This document shows, one piece after another, positions 19,301 through 27,841 of a stretch of 64,000 bases of DNA (position 1 is its first letter; each line of letters begins with the position of its first letter). Origin of the DNA: Candidatus Dormiibacter spiritus (GTDB taxonomy: Bacteria > Chloroflexota > Dormibacteria > Dormibacterales > Dormibacteraceae). The position numbers were made by a program, and so were the translations under genes. The stretch lies in NCBI GenBank assembly GCA_003244185.1, contig QHBT01000010.1, positions 29,726 through 93,725 on the forward strand. The letters run 5' to 3'. The notes beneath the pieces were generated by a model. It was not told the DNA's origin, did no database searches, and saw only the letters and a program-made list of their open reading frames with translations.

Positions 19301-20257
19301 CTAGGCCGCCGGCGGCGCCAGATGGTCGCGGAGAAGCTCGGCTCGGCCGCTCTCGCGCAGGCACTCGAGAGCGCCGCGCTCCAGCCGGCGCACCTCTTCC
19401 CGGCTGACCCCCATCCGCTTGGCCACCTCCTCGATGGTGCGCGGCTGATCGTCACCCAGCCCGAAGCGCAATTGCAGAACCCTGCGCTGTCGAGGCATCA
19501 ACGACTCCAGCGCCGCCTCGATGTCGCCCTTGCGGGCGCTGGCCGCGGCCGCCGCGGCCGGGGACTCGGCCCGGTGGTCGGCGAGCAGGTCGCCCAATTC
19601 GGTTTCGCCCTCCTCGCCCAGCGGCGTCTCCAGCGACACGGGCTCCTGCGCGATCTCGAACAGCCACTCCACCTTGCCCGGATCCAGGCCCATCTCGAGA
19701 CCAAGTTCAGCTGAGGTGGGCTGGCGGCCGAGCTCCTGACGAAGCCTGTCCTGAACACGCACGAGCTTGCCGATCAGCTCGGCGTTATGAGTTGGGATCC
19801 GAATCGTCCTGGCATCGTCGAAGACAGCCCGCTGGATCGCCTGGCGGATCCACCAGGTGGCATAGGTGGAGAACTTGAAGCCCCGGCGGTAGTCGAACTT
19901 TTCGACTGCGCGCATCAGCCCCAGATTTCCCTCCTGGATGAGATCGAGCAGAGGCAACCCCCGCCCCACGTACTTCTTGGCCACTGAGACGACGAGGCGC
20001 AGGTTCGCCTGAATCATCTTCTGGCGGCATTCGCTGCTGCCAGCCTCGATGCCCTTCGCCAGCTCCACCTCGTCGCTGGCGGTGAGCAGCTTGACCCGAC
20101 CGATCTCCTGGAAGTAGGCGCGGACCGCGTCGTCCAGGGCTGCGCTCTCGACCTCCTCAGGCGGTTCCTGCTTCGCGCGGTCCAGACTGGTCGTCAAACC
20201 TTCCAACTGTTCGCGGGAAAGCTCTGCGGCTGCGGTCTCCGGGTTGATCTGTGCCAT
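19301..20257 (-). CDS. RNA polymerase sigma-70 family factor (RpoD/SigA-like, group 1/2)
   Basis: Region 2 ([37 protein letters not shown]), region 3, and the region 4.2 HTH ([20 protein letters not shown]). Confidence 0.9.
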   Translation of the reverse strand: MAQINPETAAAELSREQLEGLTTSLDRAKQEPPEEVESAALDDAVRAYFQEIGRVKLLTASDEVELAKGIEAGSSECRQKMIQANLRLVVSVAKKYVGRGLPLLDLIQEGNLGLMRAVEKFDYRRGFKFSTYATWWIRQAIQRAVFDDARTIRIPTHNAELIGKLVRVQDRLRQELGRQPTSAELGLEMGLDPGKVEWLFEIAQEPVSLETPLGEEGETELGDLLADHRAESPAAAAAASARKGDIEAALESLMPRQRRVLQLRFGLGDDQPRTIEEVAKRMGVSREEVRRLERGALECLRESGRAELLRDHLAPPAA

Positions 20258-20492
20258 ATTCTTTGACTTCCTGTTTCAACCGCGTTAGTCGCTAGACTGT
20301 TCCCTTCACGCGCTCTGGCTCGAGTGGGAGCGGATGCGCGCGTGGCTGCGCGGCGATGAACCTGTTAAGGGTACCACCCGGGGTGGCGCCAAGTCCACAT
20401 GTGCCGCTGGCGGGGTCGTGGCCACCGGCCGGCGCCCAGCCCCCCGATCGGTTGGTGTCCAAAGGGACTTAGGGCTCGATGGCCGGGGCGCC

Positions 20493-21104
20493 CTACGGCG
20501 CCAACCGTTCGATCTGCCAGCCGGCTTGCCGGCGGCGATACAGCAGGCGGTCGTGAAGGCGATTGCGCCGCCCCTGCCAGAATTCGATGCTCTCAGGCCG
20601 CAGCCAGTAACCACCCCATCGATCCGGCAGGGGAGGCGCATCGGGCTGAAGCGCCTCCAGCCGCCGCATTTCCTCCTCCAGCTCGACTCGGCCGCCGATC
20701 ACCTGACTCTGTCGCGAGATGGCGGCTGAGATGCGGCTCCCATACGGTCGCCCGACCCAGTATTCCTCCGACTCCGCCCGGCTCGTCCGCTCGACGGAAC
20801 CGGTGACGCGCACCTGCCGGTGGAGTCGCGGCCACCACAACGCCAGCGCCGCCCGGGCGTTGATGGCCAGATCAGACGCCTTCGCGCTCTCGTAGTTGCT
20901 GAAAAAGCTAAAGCCGCGGCTGTCAGCCGTGTGCAGCAGCACGAATCGAACCGCGGGCGCGCCGCTCTCGCCGGCTGTGGCCAGCGCCATGGCGTTGGGC
21001 TGGAGCTCACCGGCGGCCTCGGCCTCGGCGTACCAGCGGTTGAAGGCCGGAAGCGGGTCCTGGCCCAGGTCCGCCTCGTTCAGCGGAATGTCGCTTTCAA
21101 CCAT
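20493..21104 (-). CDS. pdxH: pyridoxamine 5'-phosphate oxidase. Start ATG 21104, not the track start 21461.
   Basis: DPLPAFNRWYAEA, NAMALAT, RFVLL, and the C-terminal IEFWQGRRNRLHDRLLY are PdxH hallmarks. 203 aa from 21104. Confidence 0.85.
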   Translation of the reverse strand: MVESDIPLNEADLGQDPLPAFNRWYAEAEAAGELQPNAMALATAGESGAPAVRFVLLHTADSRGFSFFSNYESAKASDLAINARAALALWWPRLHRQVRVTGSVERTSRAESEEYWVGRPYGSRISAAISRQSQVIGGRVELEEEMRRLEALQPDAPPLPDRWGGYWLRPESIEFWQGRRNRLHDRLLYRRRQAGWQIERLAP

Positions 21105-21158
21105 GCTCTCGACTATGGGCCATCCGCCGCCCTCAGGACGAGCACGCGTGGCGGCATC

Positions 21159-22229
21159 ATGGAAGCACCCATGAAACTGCCTGTAATGCCGCCTCTGAAG
21201 CCGATGCTGGCCAAATCGGTGCCTGAGATACCGCCCGGCCTTCATTACGAGCCCAAGTGGGACGGCTTCCGCTGCATTGTCTTTCGGGACGGGGACGAGG
21301 TAGAGCTGGGCAGCCGCAACGAGCGCCCCATCACCCGCTACTTCCCCGAGCTGGTGGCAGCGCTGAAAGACAGCGTGCCCCCCCGGTGCGTCGTCGACGG
21401 GGAGATAGTCATAGTGCGGGGGGAAAAGCTGGACTTCGACGCCCTCTTGAACCGCATCCACCCGGCTGACTCGCGCGTGCGTCTGCTCGCCGCCGAAACC
21501 CCCGCCTCGCTCGTCGCCTTCGATCTACTGGCGTTGGATCAGAGATCTCTCATGGCCGAGCCGTTCCGCCAGAGGCGGCTATTGTTGGAGCAAGCACTGA
21601 CGAGAGAATCGATGGTGCACGTTACTCCAGCAACGCTGGACCTGGATGTCGCCAGAGACTGGTTCGAGCAGTTCGAGGGCGCCGGACTGGACGGCATAGT
21701 CGCCAAGCCGCTGGATCTGCCCTACCGACCCGACCAGCGTGCGATGTTCAAGACCAAGCACGATCGCACTGCAGATTGCGTGGTGGCGGGCTTCCGCTGG
21801 CACAAGAACGACGGCGTGGTCGGCTCGCTGCTGCTCGGACTGTACAACGCGGCGAACCAGTTGCAGCACGTGGGGGTTTCCGCCTCCTTTCCCCTCCACC
21901 GCCGGCGGGAGCTGGTCAGGGAGCTCGAGCCTTACCGGCAGGAGGACCTGGACGGTCACCCCTGGGCGGAATGGGCACGTGCCGAAGCGCACCAGGGCGG
22001 CCGGCTCCCGGGAGCTCAGTCGCGTTGGAACGCGAAGAAGGATCTCTCCTGGGTGGCGCTGCGGCCGGAGTTGGTCTGCGAAGTCGCCTACGACCACATG
22101 GAGGGCACGCGCTTCCGCCACACGGCTCAGTTCCGGCGCTGGCGCCCCGACAGGGATCCTCGCACCTGCGGATATGACCAGCTGGAGGAGCCTGTGAGCT
22201 ATGACCTGGCCCGGATCCTTGGCCACTGA
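21159..22229 (+). CDS. ATP-dependent DNA ligase (LigC/LigD ligase-domain type). Start ATG 21159 or 21171.
   Basis: Adenylation motif I (EPKWDGFR), then FDLL and the GLDGIVAKP motif. The track extension upstream overlaps pdxH antisense. Confidence 0.85.
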   Translation: MEAPMKLPVMPPLKPMLAKSVPEIPPGLHYEPKWDGFRCIVFRDGDEVELGSRNERPITRYFPELVAALKDSVPPRCVVDGEIVIVRGEKLDFDALLNRIHPADSRVRLLAAETPASLVAFDLLALDQRSLMAEPFRQRRLLLEQALTRESMVHVTPATLDLDVARDWFEQFEGAGLDGIVAKPLDLPYRPDQRAMFKTKHDRTADCVVAGFRWHKNDGVVGSLLLGLYNAANQLQHVGVSASFPLHRRRELVRELEPYRQEDLDGHPWAEWARAEAHQGGRLPGAQSRWNAKKDLSWVALRPELVCEVAYDHMEGTRFRHTAQFRRWRPDRDPRTCGYDQLEEPVSYDLARILGH

Positions 22230-22332
22230 ATGGGGCAGGCCGTCACATGTTGTGTTCTGCTGCGGGTTGTGCTACCATTTGTAGCATCCTCTAAGCGAGG
22301 ACCCCAAAAGCGACATCTTCCCCACCCCAGCC

Positions 22333-22374
22333 GGGAAGCCCGTCCCCCCAAAAGGCGGGCTTCCCCTTTTTATT
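22333..22374 (+). terminator. rho-independent terminator after the ligase gene
   Basis: 10-bp stem gggaagcccg (22333-22342) / cgggcttccc (22356-22365), followed by cTTTTTaTT. Confidence 0.65.
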
Positions 22375-22377
22375 GGC

Positions 22378-23481
22378 CTAACCTTCCAGCCAATCCAAGG
22401 CGAGGGCGGCGCTCCAGGAGAAACCGCCCGCTCCCAGCGGGCTGCCGTCGAAGGGGTCGAAGCACTCGGCCAAGCCGTGCTCCTGGACCAGGGCCAGGCT
22501 CTGGCTCACCAGTGCGCGCGCCTCACCCGCCAGACCTACCTGAGCGAGCCCACGAGCGGCGAGCCAGTTCACATTGAGCCAGACCGGCCCCCGCCAGTAG
22601 CGCTCTGGCTCGAAGTTGGGGTCTGCCGGCGGCACTGTACAGACCGCGAGGGCGCCTCGGCAGAGTTCCGCGTAGCGGCGCCAGGCGGCCCGCCCACGCT
22701 GGGGCTTGGCGACGCCACCCGCCAGAGCGGCCACCCCGGCAGCTGAGGGCGTCCTGATCCGCTCCTCGCGGCGGCAGTCCCAGTCGAAGTACAGCTGGGC
22801 CGCCTCGTCCCAGTGGCTCGCCTCAAACGCCGCGGCAAATTCGGCCAGGCGTTCACCGCTCACAGCGGGCGGGTCGGCGAGTGACGCGCAGATGGAGTTC
22901 AGGTCATTTGCCGCTCCGTACCAAGCGGCGTCCAGCAGGACGTCGTGGACGCAGAAGGGTGAGTCCGACCTGTAGCGCTCAAGCTCGAAGTCAGCGTCTT
23001 CCAGCTTCTCGACCAGGGCCAGATACGCGTCGTAATCGCTGTCAGTCGGTCGCTCGCTGGCCCTGACGAAACGGTTGTCCAGTCGAAAGTAGGGCTGCCG
23101 CGGTTTCAGGCCTGACAGCCTGAGCGCGTCCCAACGGGGTGAGTTGTCCCAGCCGCTCTCCCAGGGGTGGACCATGACAGGCAGAAGATGGCCTGGCCGA
23201 CGTCGGGCGGAGCCCCAGTACTCGACGTACTTGGCCAGGGCCGGCCGCACCCGCCGCCAGAACGCGTGGCGGAGGCGCTGATCGGATTGGCGCAGACCGA
23301 TCAGCCAAGCGGAAGTGATCAGAACTGGCGGGTTGCTGATGCCGCTGGTCAGCTGGCCGGGGTTGCGGACGTGCTGCTGCGCCCGAGGCCAGCGGTCAGG
23401 GCCGGGAAAGTACTCGGCCAGGTGGCGGGGATCGTAGTGAACGTGGGGCACCATGCCGTCCCACCATTGGGCGGCCAGCAT
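22378..23481 (-). CDS. GH63-like (alpha/alpha)6-barrel glycoside hydrolase (MGH1-like, mannosyl/glucosylglycerate hydrolase-like). The true 5' end probably extends upstream of 23481 (see findings).
   Basis: The C-terminal GPVWLNVNWL...ECFDPFDGSPLGAGGFSWSAA is typical of the clan. The conserved YPHQWNWDSAF is encoded in-frame just upstream of the track ATG. Confidence 0.7.
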   Translation of the reverse strand: MLAAQWWDGMVPHVHYDPRHLAEYFPGPDRWPRAQQHVRNPGQLTSGISNPPVLITSAWLIGLRQSDQRLRHAFWRRVRPALAKYVEYWGSARRRPGHLLPVMVHPWESGWDNSPRWDALRLSGLKPRQPYFRLDNRFVRASERPTDSDYDAYLALVEKLEDADFELERYRSDSPFCVHDVLLDAAWYGAANDLNSICASLADPPAVSGERLAEFAAAFEASHWDEAAQLYFDWDCRREERIRTPSAAGVAALAGGVAKPQRGRAAWRRYAELCRGALAVCTVPPADPNFEPERYWRGPVWLNVNWLAARGLAQVGLAGEARALVSQSLALVQEHGLAECFDPFDGSPLGAGGFSWSAALALDWLEG

Positions 23482-23660
23482 GCTTTCCAGCTCCTGGCAG
23501 GCGCGCGGCCAGTCGAACGTGGCCCAACCCAGGCTGATGAACGCGGAGTCCCAGTTCCACTGATGGGGGTACTGATCCGGCGACGGTCGCGTCCAGGCGC
23601 CCGCGTCGTTCCCGCGCAGGACAGCCCGGGCCGCTTCAGCGAGCTCGCTTTGCTTGACCT

Positions 23661-25019
23661 CTAAACCTCGCCGAAACGGAGAAGCAGCCGGGCGACGTGC
23701 CGGGCGGCCTGCCGGATGTCCTCCAGCCGCACGCTCTCATTGGGACTGTGGGCGAGGTTGCTGGCGCCGTAGCCGACGCCCGGCGCCACAATCGGCACTC
23801 CGCGGCCCGCGAAGAGAAACATGGGGGTGGTGCCGCCGGACAGGGGCACCAGCTGGGCCGGCCGACCGTAGACCTCGGCGCCGGTCTCTGCCGCCAGCCT
23901 GACCAGCGGGTCGTCAGGGTCGATGAAGGCGCCCGGCTCGCAGCCGATCACTCGCAGGTTGACGTCGGGGAAGCCCTCCGCGTCCAGGTGGGCACGCAGC
24001 TGGCCCGCGACGGCAGCGGGGTCCTGGCTGGGTACGAGCCGGAAGTCGAGCTTGGCGCTTGCCAGCGCCGGGATGACTGTCTTGGCTCCTTCCCCCTGGA
24101 AGCCGGCTGTTACGCCGGCGATGTTGCAGGTCGGTTGGAATCGGGCCGCCAGCACTTCAGCTCCCGTCCGGCCGAGCAGCAGCGAGTCCAGCTCGTAGGT
24201 GGCCAGCAGTCCGCGCTCAGGGCTGGGTAATTCGGCCAGCATCGCCAGCTGGCGAGGAGTTGGTTCTGGGACGCCATCGTAGAAGCCCGGGATCTTGATG
24301 CGCTCGTCCTGGCCCTTCAAGGTGCTGAGCGCCCAGGTCAGACGCCAGGCCGCATTGGGGATGAGGTTTGCCTCTCCAGAGTGGCCGTCCCGGCCGCTGG
24401 CCCTGACGCTCAGCTCCACGTAGAGCAGGCCGCGAGTGCCGAGGGTCACGAGCGGCCGGCCCTCGGGATCGACGCCACCCTCTTCCCAGATGGCGCCGTC
24501 GCAGCGCAGCCTCTCCCAATGCCGCTCGACAAACGGCGGCAGATGGGGACTGCCCACCTCCTCCTCGCCCTCGGCCAGCCAGCGAACGTTGCAGGGAAGG
24601 CCGCCGGTGACCGCCTGCAGGGCGTCGACCGCCGCCAGCCGGGCCATCAGCTCGCCCTTGTCGTCCTTGGCGCCACGCGCGTAGAGACGGCCGTCTCTCA
24701 GGTCCGGCTCAAATGGAGGGCTTTGCCAGAGGTCAAGCGGTTCAGGCGGCTGGACGTCGTAGTGGTTGTAGAAGAGCATGGTCTTGCCTCGGCCCGCCGC
24801 CAGCTCGCCGACCACCACGGGATGACCGTCTGTTGGCAGCACCTCGGCAGCCAGCCCGCGCCTTTGGAGCAACCGGCAGACGTGCGCGGCGCACTCTTCT
24901 ATGCCCTCGTGCCGGGCGGAGACGCTGGGCAGCCGGCAGAGCTCGACCAGCTCCTCTACCCAACCGTCTAGGTGGGCCTTGAGGTAGCTGTCGAGGTCAT
25001 TCAGGAGCCGCGCCGACAT
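23661..25019 (-). CDS. M20 family metallopeptidase (dipeptidase-like). Start ATG 25019.
   Basis: LFYNHYDVQP, ARGAKDDKG and EGEEEVGS motifs. The track ORF (to 25427) runs through the tRNA-Pro gene and is over-extended. Confidence 0.85.
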   Translation of the reverse strand: MSARLLNDLDSYLKAHLDGWVEELVELCRLPSVSARHEGIEECAAHVCRLLQRRGLAAEVLPTDGHPVVVGELAAGRGKTMLFYNHYDVQPPEPLDLWQSPPFEPDLRDGRLYARGAKDDKGELMARLAAVDALQAVTGGLPCNVRWLAEGEEEVGSPHLPPFVERHWERLRCDGAIWEEGGVDPEGRPLVTLGTRGLLYVELSVRASGRDGHSGEANLIPNAAWRLTWALSTLKGQDERIKIPGFYDGVPEPTPRQLAMLAELPSPERGLLATYELDSLLLGRTGAEVLAARFQPTCNIAGVTAGFQGEGAKTVIPALASAKLDFRLVPSQDPAAVAGQLRAHLDAEGFPDVNLRVIGCEPGAFIDPDDPLVRLAAETGAEVYGRPAQLVPLSGGTTPMFLFAGRGVPIVAPGVGYGASNLAHSPNESVRLEDIRQAARHVARLLLRFGEV

Positions 25020-25053
25020 GCATCCGACTCTAACGGCTGGCAACTGGGTGAGG

Positions 25054-25130
25054 TGGTCGGGCGGGCGAGATTCGAACTCGCGATCTCCTGCTCCCAAAGC
25101 AGGCGCGCTGCCAGACTGCGCTACCGCCCG
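25054..25130 (-). tRNA. tRNA-Pro (anticodon UGG), CCA encoded
   Basis: Reverse complement CGGGCGGTAGCGCAGTCTGGCAGCGCGCCTGCTTTGGGAGCAGGAGATCGCGAGTTCGAATCTCGCCCGCCCGACCA folds as a 77-nt cloverleaf. Anticodon loop is TTTGGGA. Confidence 0.95.
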
Positions 25131-25389
25131 TGTCTTTGAGCCCAGCTGCCATGCCTGCTCCCGAAACCGCGCTGCGAAGCGTTGCCTGCCCGGCATCGCT
25201 GGCTGAGCAGGACACGGCGAAGTGGACGATAGCGAACGATACAGAGGGGACGGGCAGCAAGAGGAGGCGGGGAAGCTTGGAGTCCTGGAGCGGCTGGTGT
25301 GGCAGCCGACGCAGGGCAGGACTCTGGGCGTGCCTTCGTCATACCGACCGATACCCGGCGAGCCGGCGACGCGCGTTATAGTCCCAGCC

Positions 25390-25479
25390 ATGGATACGAC
25401 CACCCTGATCATCGTCATCGTCGTCATCGTCTTAGTTCTCGGCGGGGGCGGCTTCTGGTATCGCGGACGAGGCCGCTAG
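25390..25479 (+). CDS. possible 29-aa hydrophobic peptide (MDTTTLIIVIVVIVLVLGGGGFWYRGRGR)
   Basis: A single TM helix plus a basic tail. TATAGT (25377-25382) ends 7 nt before the ATG, a leaderless-type arrangement. Below the usual gene-caller size. Confidence 0.3.
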   Translation: MDTTTLIIVIVVIVLVLGGGGFWYRGRGR

Positions 25480-25546
25480 AGGAAGCGCCCGGCGTCGGGC
25501 CGAAACCAGTGGCAGCGCGCAAGGTCACCGAGCTGGGGGCCTCCTG

Positions 25547-25942
25547 TTGACACAGTCCTTTCACCCCGGCGTGGATGCCTACATCGACGGCCTACCCGAT
25601 TGGCAGCAGGCGATCTGCCGCGAGGTGCGCACTTTAGCCCACACCGCCGACCGAGAGGTCACTGAGACGATCAAGCGCACCAACCGTCCCTACTTCGTCC
25701 TGCAGGGCAACATCTGCGCGCTGCTGGCGGCGAAAGACCATGTGAACGTGTTCCTTTACGACGGGGCGATGGTCCCTGATCCCGAAGGAATCATCACAGC
25801 CGGTCACGACAACCAGACCGCCCGAACAGTGGCTGTCCGCCAAGGCGAAGCGATCAACGCACCCGCGCTGACCGCCATCCTCAAGCACATCATTGCCAAC
25901 AACCGCGCCGGCGGCTGGCGCAGGCTCAAGCGCAAAAGCTGA
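25547..25942 (+). CDS. DUF1801 (YdhG-like) domain protein
   Basis: The N-terminal VDAYIDGLPDWQQAICREVRTL and overall 131-aa layout resemble the DUF1801 family. TTG start. Confidence 0.6.
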   Translation: MTQSFHPGVDAYIDGLPDWQQAICREVRTLAHTADREVTETIKRTNRPYFVLQGNICALLAAKDHVNVFLYDGAMVPDPEGIITAGHDNQTARTVAVRQGEAINAPALTAILKHIIANNRAGGWRRLKRKS

Positions 25943-26012
25943 TTCACTTCCAGGGTCCTAGGCCAATTCGAACCTGCCGGGCGTTGCTGCTCTTTGCCTA
26001 GTCTCAACCGCA

Positions 26013-26525
26013 ATGGCCCAAGCGACTGCCCTGAACGTGCTCGACACCGAGGGACAGTCAGTCGACCTGCTGACGCTGGCCGCCGAGAGACCGCTGCTGG
26101 TCGTCTTCCTCCGCCACTTCGGTTGAACCCACTGTCTCGAGACAGCCGCGCAGTTGCGCGGCAAGCTGCCTCAAATCGAGGCCAAGGGCGCTCAGCTCAT
26201 CTTTGTCGGGAACGGGTCTGTCAAGTTCGCAGCCAGATTCCAGGAGGACAAGGTGCCGGGGATCCCCGTCTACACCGATCCTTCGCTCAGCACCTTCAGC
26301 GCCGCCGGCCTGAAGCGCGGCATCGGAGCCACACTCTCGCTCGGGAGCCTGCTCGCCGGCGCCCGCTCGACCTTGCGCGGTCATCGTCAGACCTCAGTCC
26401 AGGGGGACCCCTGGCAGCAGGGAGGCGTGATAGTTGTGGCGCGCGGCGGCGAGGTGGTCTACCGGAGGCCCAACCAGCACGCCGGTGAGCGGCCCGACCT
26501 AGCGGCGGCTCTCGCCGCGCTCTGA
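26013..26525 (+). CDS. peroxiredoxin-like (AhpC/TSA, PRX_like2-type) thiol-disulfide oxidoreductase; probable selenoprotein with Sec at the in-frame TGA 26124-26126
   Basis: ATG 26013, 37 codons ending ...LLVVFLRHFG, TGA, then THCLETAAQL... in the same frame as track ORF 26154..26525. The TGA replaces the first Cys of FxRHFGCxxC. Confidence 0.65.
26132..26162 (+). promoter_or_regulatory. SECIS-like stem-loops immediately downstream of the in-frame UGA
   Basis: Palindrome ctgtctcgagacag (26132-26145). Also a 7-bp stem gccgcgc/gcgcggc (26145-26151 / 26156-26162) with an AGUU loop about 26-29 nt after the UGA. Confidence 0.5.
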
Positions 26526-27101
26526 GGGCCGACCCAGGGTCGCCAGCGCGCCGCTGGCAAGCAGCGCCCGCACCGCTGCGCCGCGGTGGCTGAGTCTGTG
26601 CTTCTCGATCGGCGGCAACTCAGCCAAGGAGAGCCGGCTGCCGGAAGGCCAGAAAACCGGGTCGTAACCGAAGCCGTGGCCTCTGCCGGCCGGCTCCCGG
26701 ATCTCGCCGGCCGCCTCGCCGCTGAACGAGAGTGTCTGGCGGCCGGGCACCGACAGGGCGAGCAGGCACACGAAGCGCGCCCGCCAGGGCCGCGGGTGGT
26801 GGCGCAGGCGCTCCAATAACAGCGCCTCGCGTTCAGCTTGAGTCGGCGCGATCCGCGCCGAGAGCAGGCCGGGATAACCGCCCAGCGCCGCGACCTCCAG
26901 ACCGCTGTCGTCGCCCAGGGCCGGGCCGGCCCGGGACCTGGTGGCCGCTTCAGCTTTGAGCGCGGCGTTGGCCCCGTAGCTGTCGCCAGTCTCGGGCACT
27001 CTGGTGTCGACCGCCTCAAGCGTCAGCCCGGTGCCGAGCAGCAGCTCCTGGAACTCGCCCAGCTTGCCCGCGTTCCCAGTGGCCAGGAAGAGAACCGTCA
27101 G
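26499..27101 (-). CDS. rdgB: dITP/XTP pyrophosphatase RdgB (HAM1 family); likely CTG start at 27101
   Basis: In-frame translation from 27101 gives (L/M)TVLFLATGNAGKLGEFQELL...PETGDSYGANAALKA...FGYDP. The first canonical start (GTG 26999) would delete the ATGNxGK motif. Confidence 0.85.
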   Translation of the reverse strand: MTVLFLATGNAGKLGEFQELLLGTGLTLEAVDTRVPETGDSYGANAALKAEAATRSRAGPALGDDSGLEVAALGGYPGLLSARIAPTQAEREALLLERLRHHPRPWRARFVCLLALSVPGRQTLSFSGEAAGEIREPAGRGHGFGYDPVFWPSGSRLSLAELPPIEKHRLSHRGAAVRALLASGALATLGRPSERGESRR

Positions 27102-27107
27102 CCCGGT

Positions 27108-27836
27108 CTAGCCCAGGGTCGCGATCGCCCGCTTTTGTTGCACTATCAGCTCGCGGATCCCGCTCTGCGCGAGTGCCACCAGCGCGTCGAGCTCGGTCTT
27201 GGCCAGCGGCTCCTTCTCGGCGGTGGCCTGGAGCTCGATGAACCGCCCGTCGTCGAGCATGACCACGTTCATGTCGGTGTGGGCCAGGAAGTCCTCGGCG
27301 TAGTCAAGATCCAGACGGGGCTCACCATCGATGATGCCGACGCTGACGGCCGCGACGTAGTTGCGGATCGGGTTGTGACTGAGCAGCTTGGCTGCCTGCA
27401 TGCGCTTGATGGCCTGATACAGCGCGCAGAACGCGCCTGTGATGGCCGCCGTCCTGGTGCCGCCATCAGCCTGCAGCACGTCGCAGTCAAGCGTGATGGT
27501 CCGCTCGCCCAGCGCCTTCATGTCCACCACAGTGCGGAGGGAGCGCCCGATCAGCCGCTGGATCTCGTGAGTGCGGCCGCCGATCCGGCCCTGGCTGGCC
27601 TCCCGCTGGCCCCGGTCGTGCGTAGCTCGGGGCAGCATCGAGTACTCCGCGGTGACCCAGCCCCTGCCGGTGCCCCGGCGGTGGAACGGCACCCGCTCCT
27701 CCACGCTGGCCGTCACCCAGACACGCGTCCTGCCGGTCTCGACCAGGGCCGAGCCTTCAGCGTGCGCGTTGACGCCCAGCTCGATCTTGAAGGGCCGCAG
27801 CTGATCGGCGCGCTCACGTCCGTCAGGTCGGGCCAT
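27108..27836 (-). CDS. rph: ribonuclease PH
   Basis: [37 protein letters not shown] and [14 protein letters not shown] are RNase PH hallmarks. Confidence 0.95.
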   Translation of the reverse strand: MARPDGRERADQLRPFKIELGVNAHAEGSALVETGRTRVWVTASVEERVPFHRRGTGRGWVTAEYSMLPRATHDRGQREASQGRIGGRTHEIQRLIGRSLRTVVDMKALGERTITLDCDVLQADGGTRTAAITGAFCALYQAIKRMQAAKLLSHNPIRNYVAAVSVGIIDGEPRLDLDYAEDFLAHTDMNVVMLDDGRFIELQATAEKEPLAKTELDALVALAQSGIRELIVQQKRAIATLG

Positions 27837-27841
27837 GTTTC

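Noticed and set aside
22230-22577. 115-aa ORF immediately after the ligase stop (TGAATG).
   Set aside because: It reads straight through a strong rho-independent terminator and then antisense into the GH63-like gene. The translation is Arg/Pro-rich.
23661-25427. N-terminal extensions of track ORFs: 23661..25427, 20493..21461, 20820..22229, 30990..32195, 50110..51225, 14647..15621 and 31707..32198.
   Set aside because: The extensions run through a tRNA gene (tRNA-Pro) or through the divergent neighbour, and are low-complexity. Family-typical N-termini begin at internal start codons, which I used instead.
25994-26488. 164-aa ORF overlapping the Prx-like gene in another frame, and 26459..27019 (186 aa) overlapping rdgB.
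   Set aside because: Out-of-frame Arg/Pro-rich translations. The alternative frames give clear family matches (Prx-like with UxxC; RdgB).
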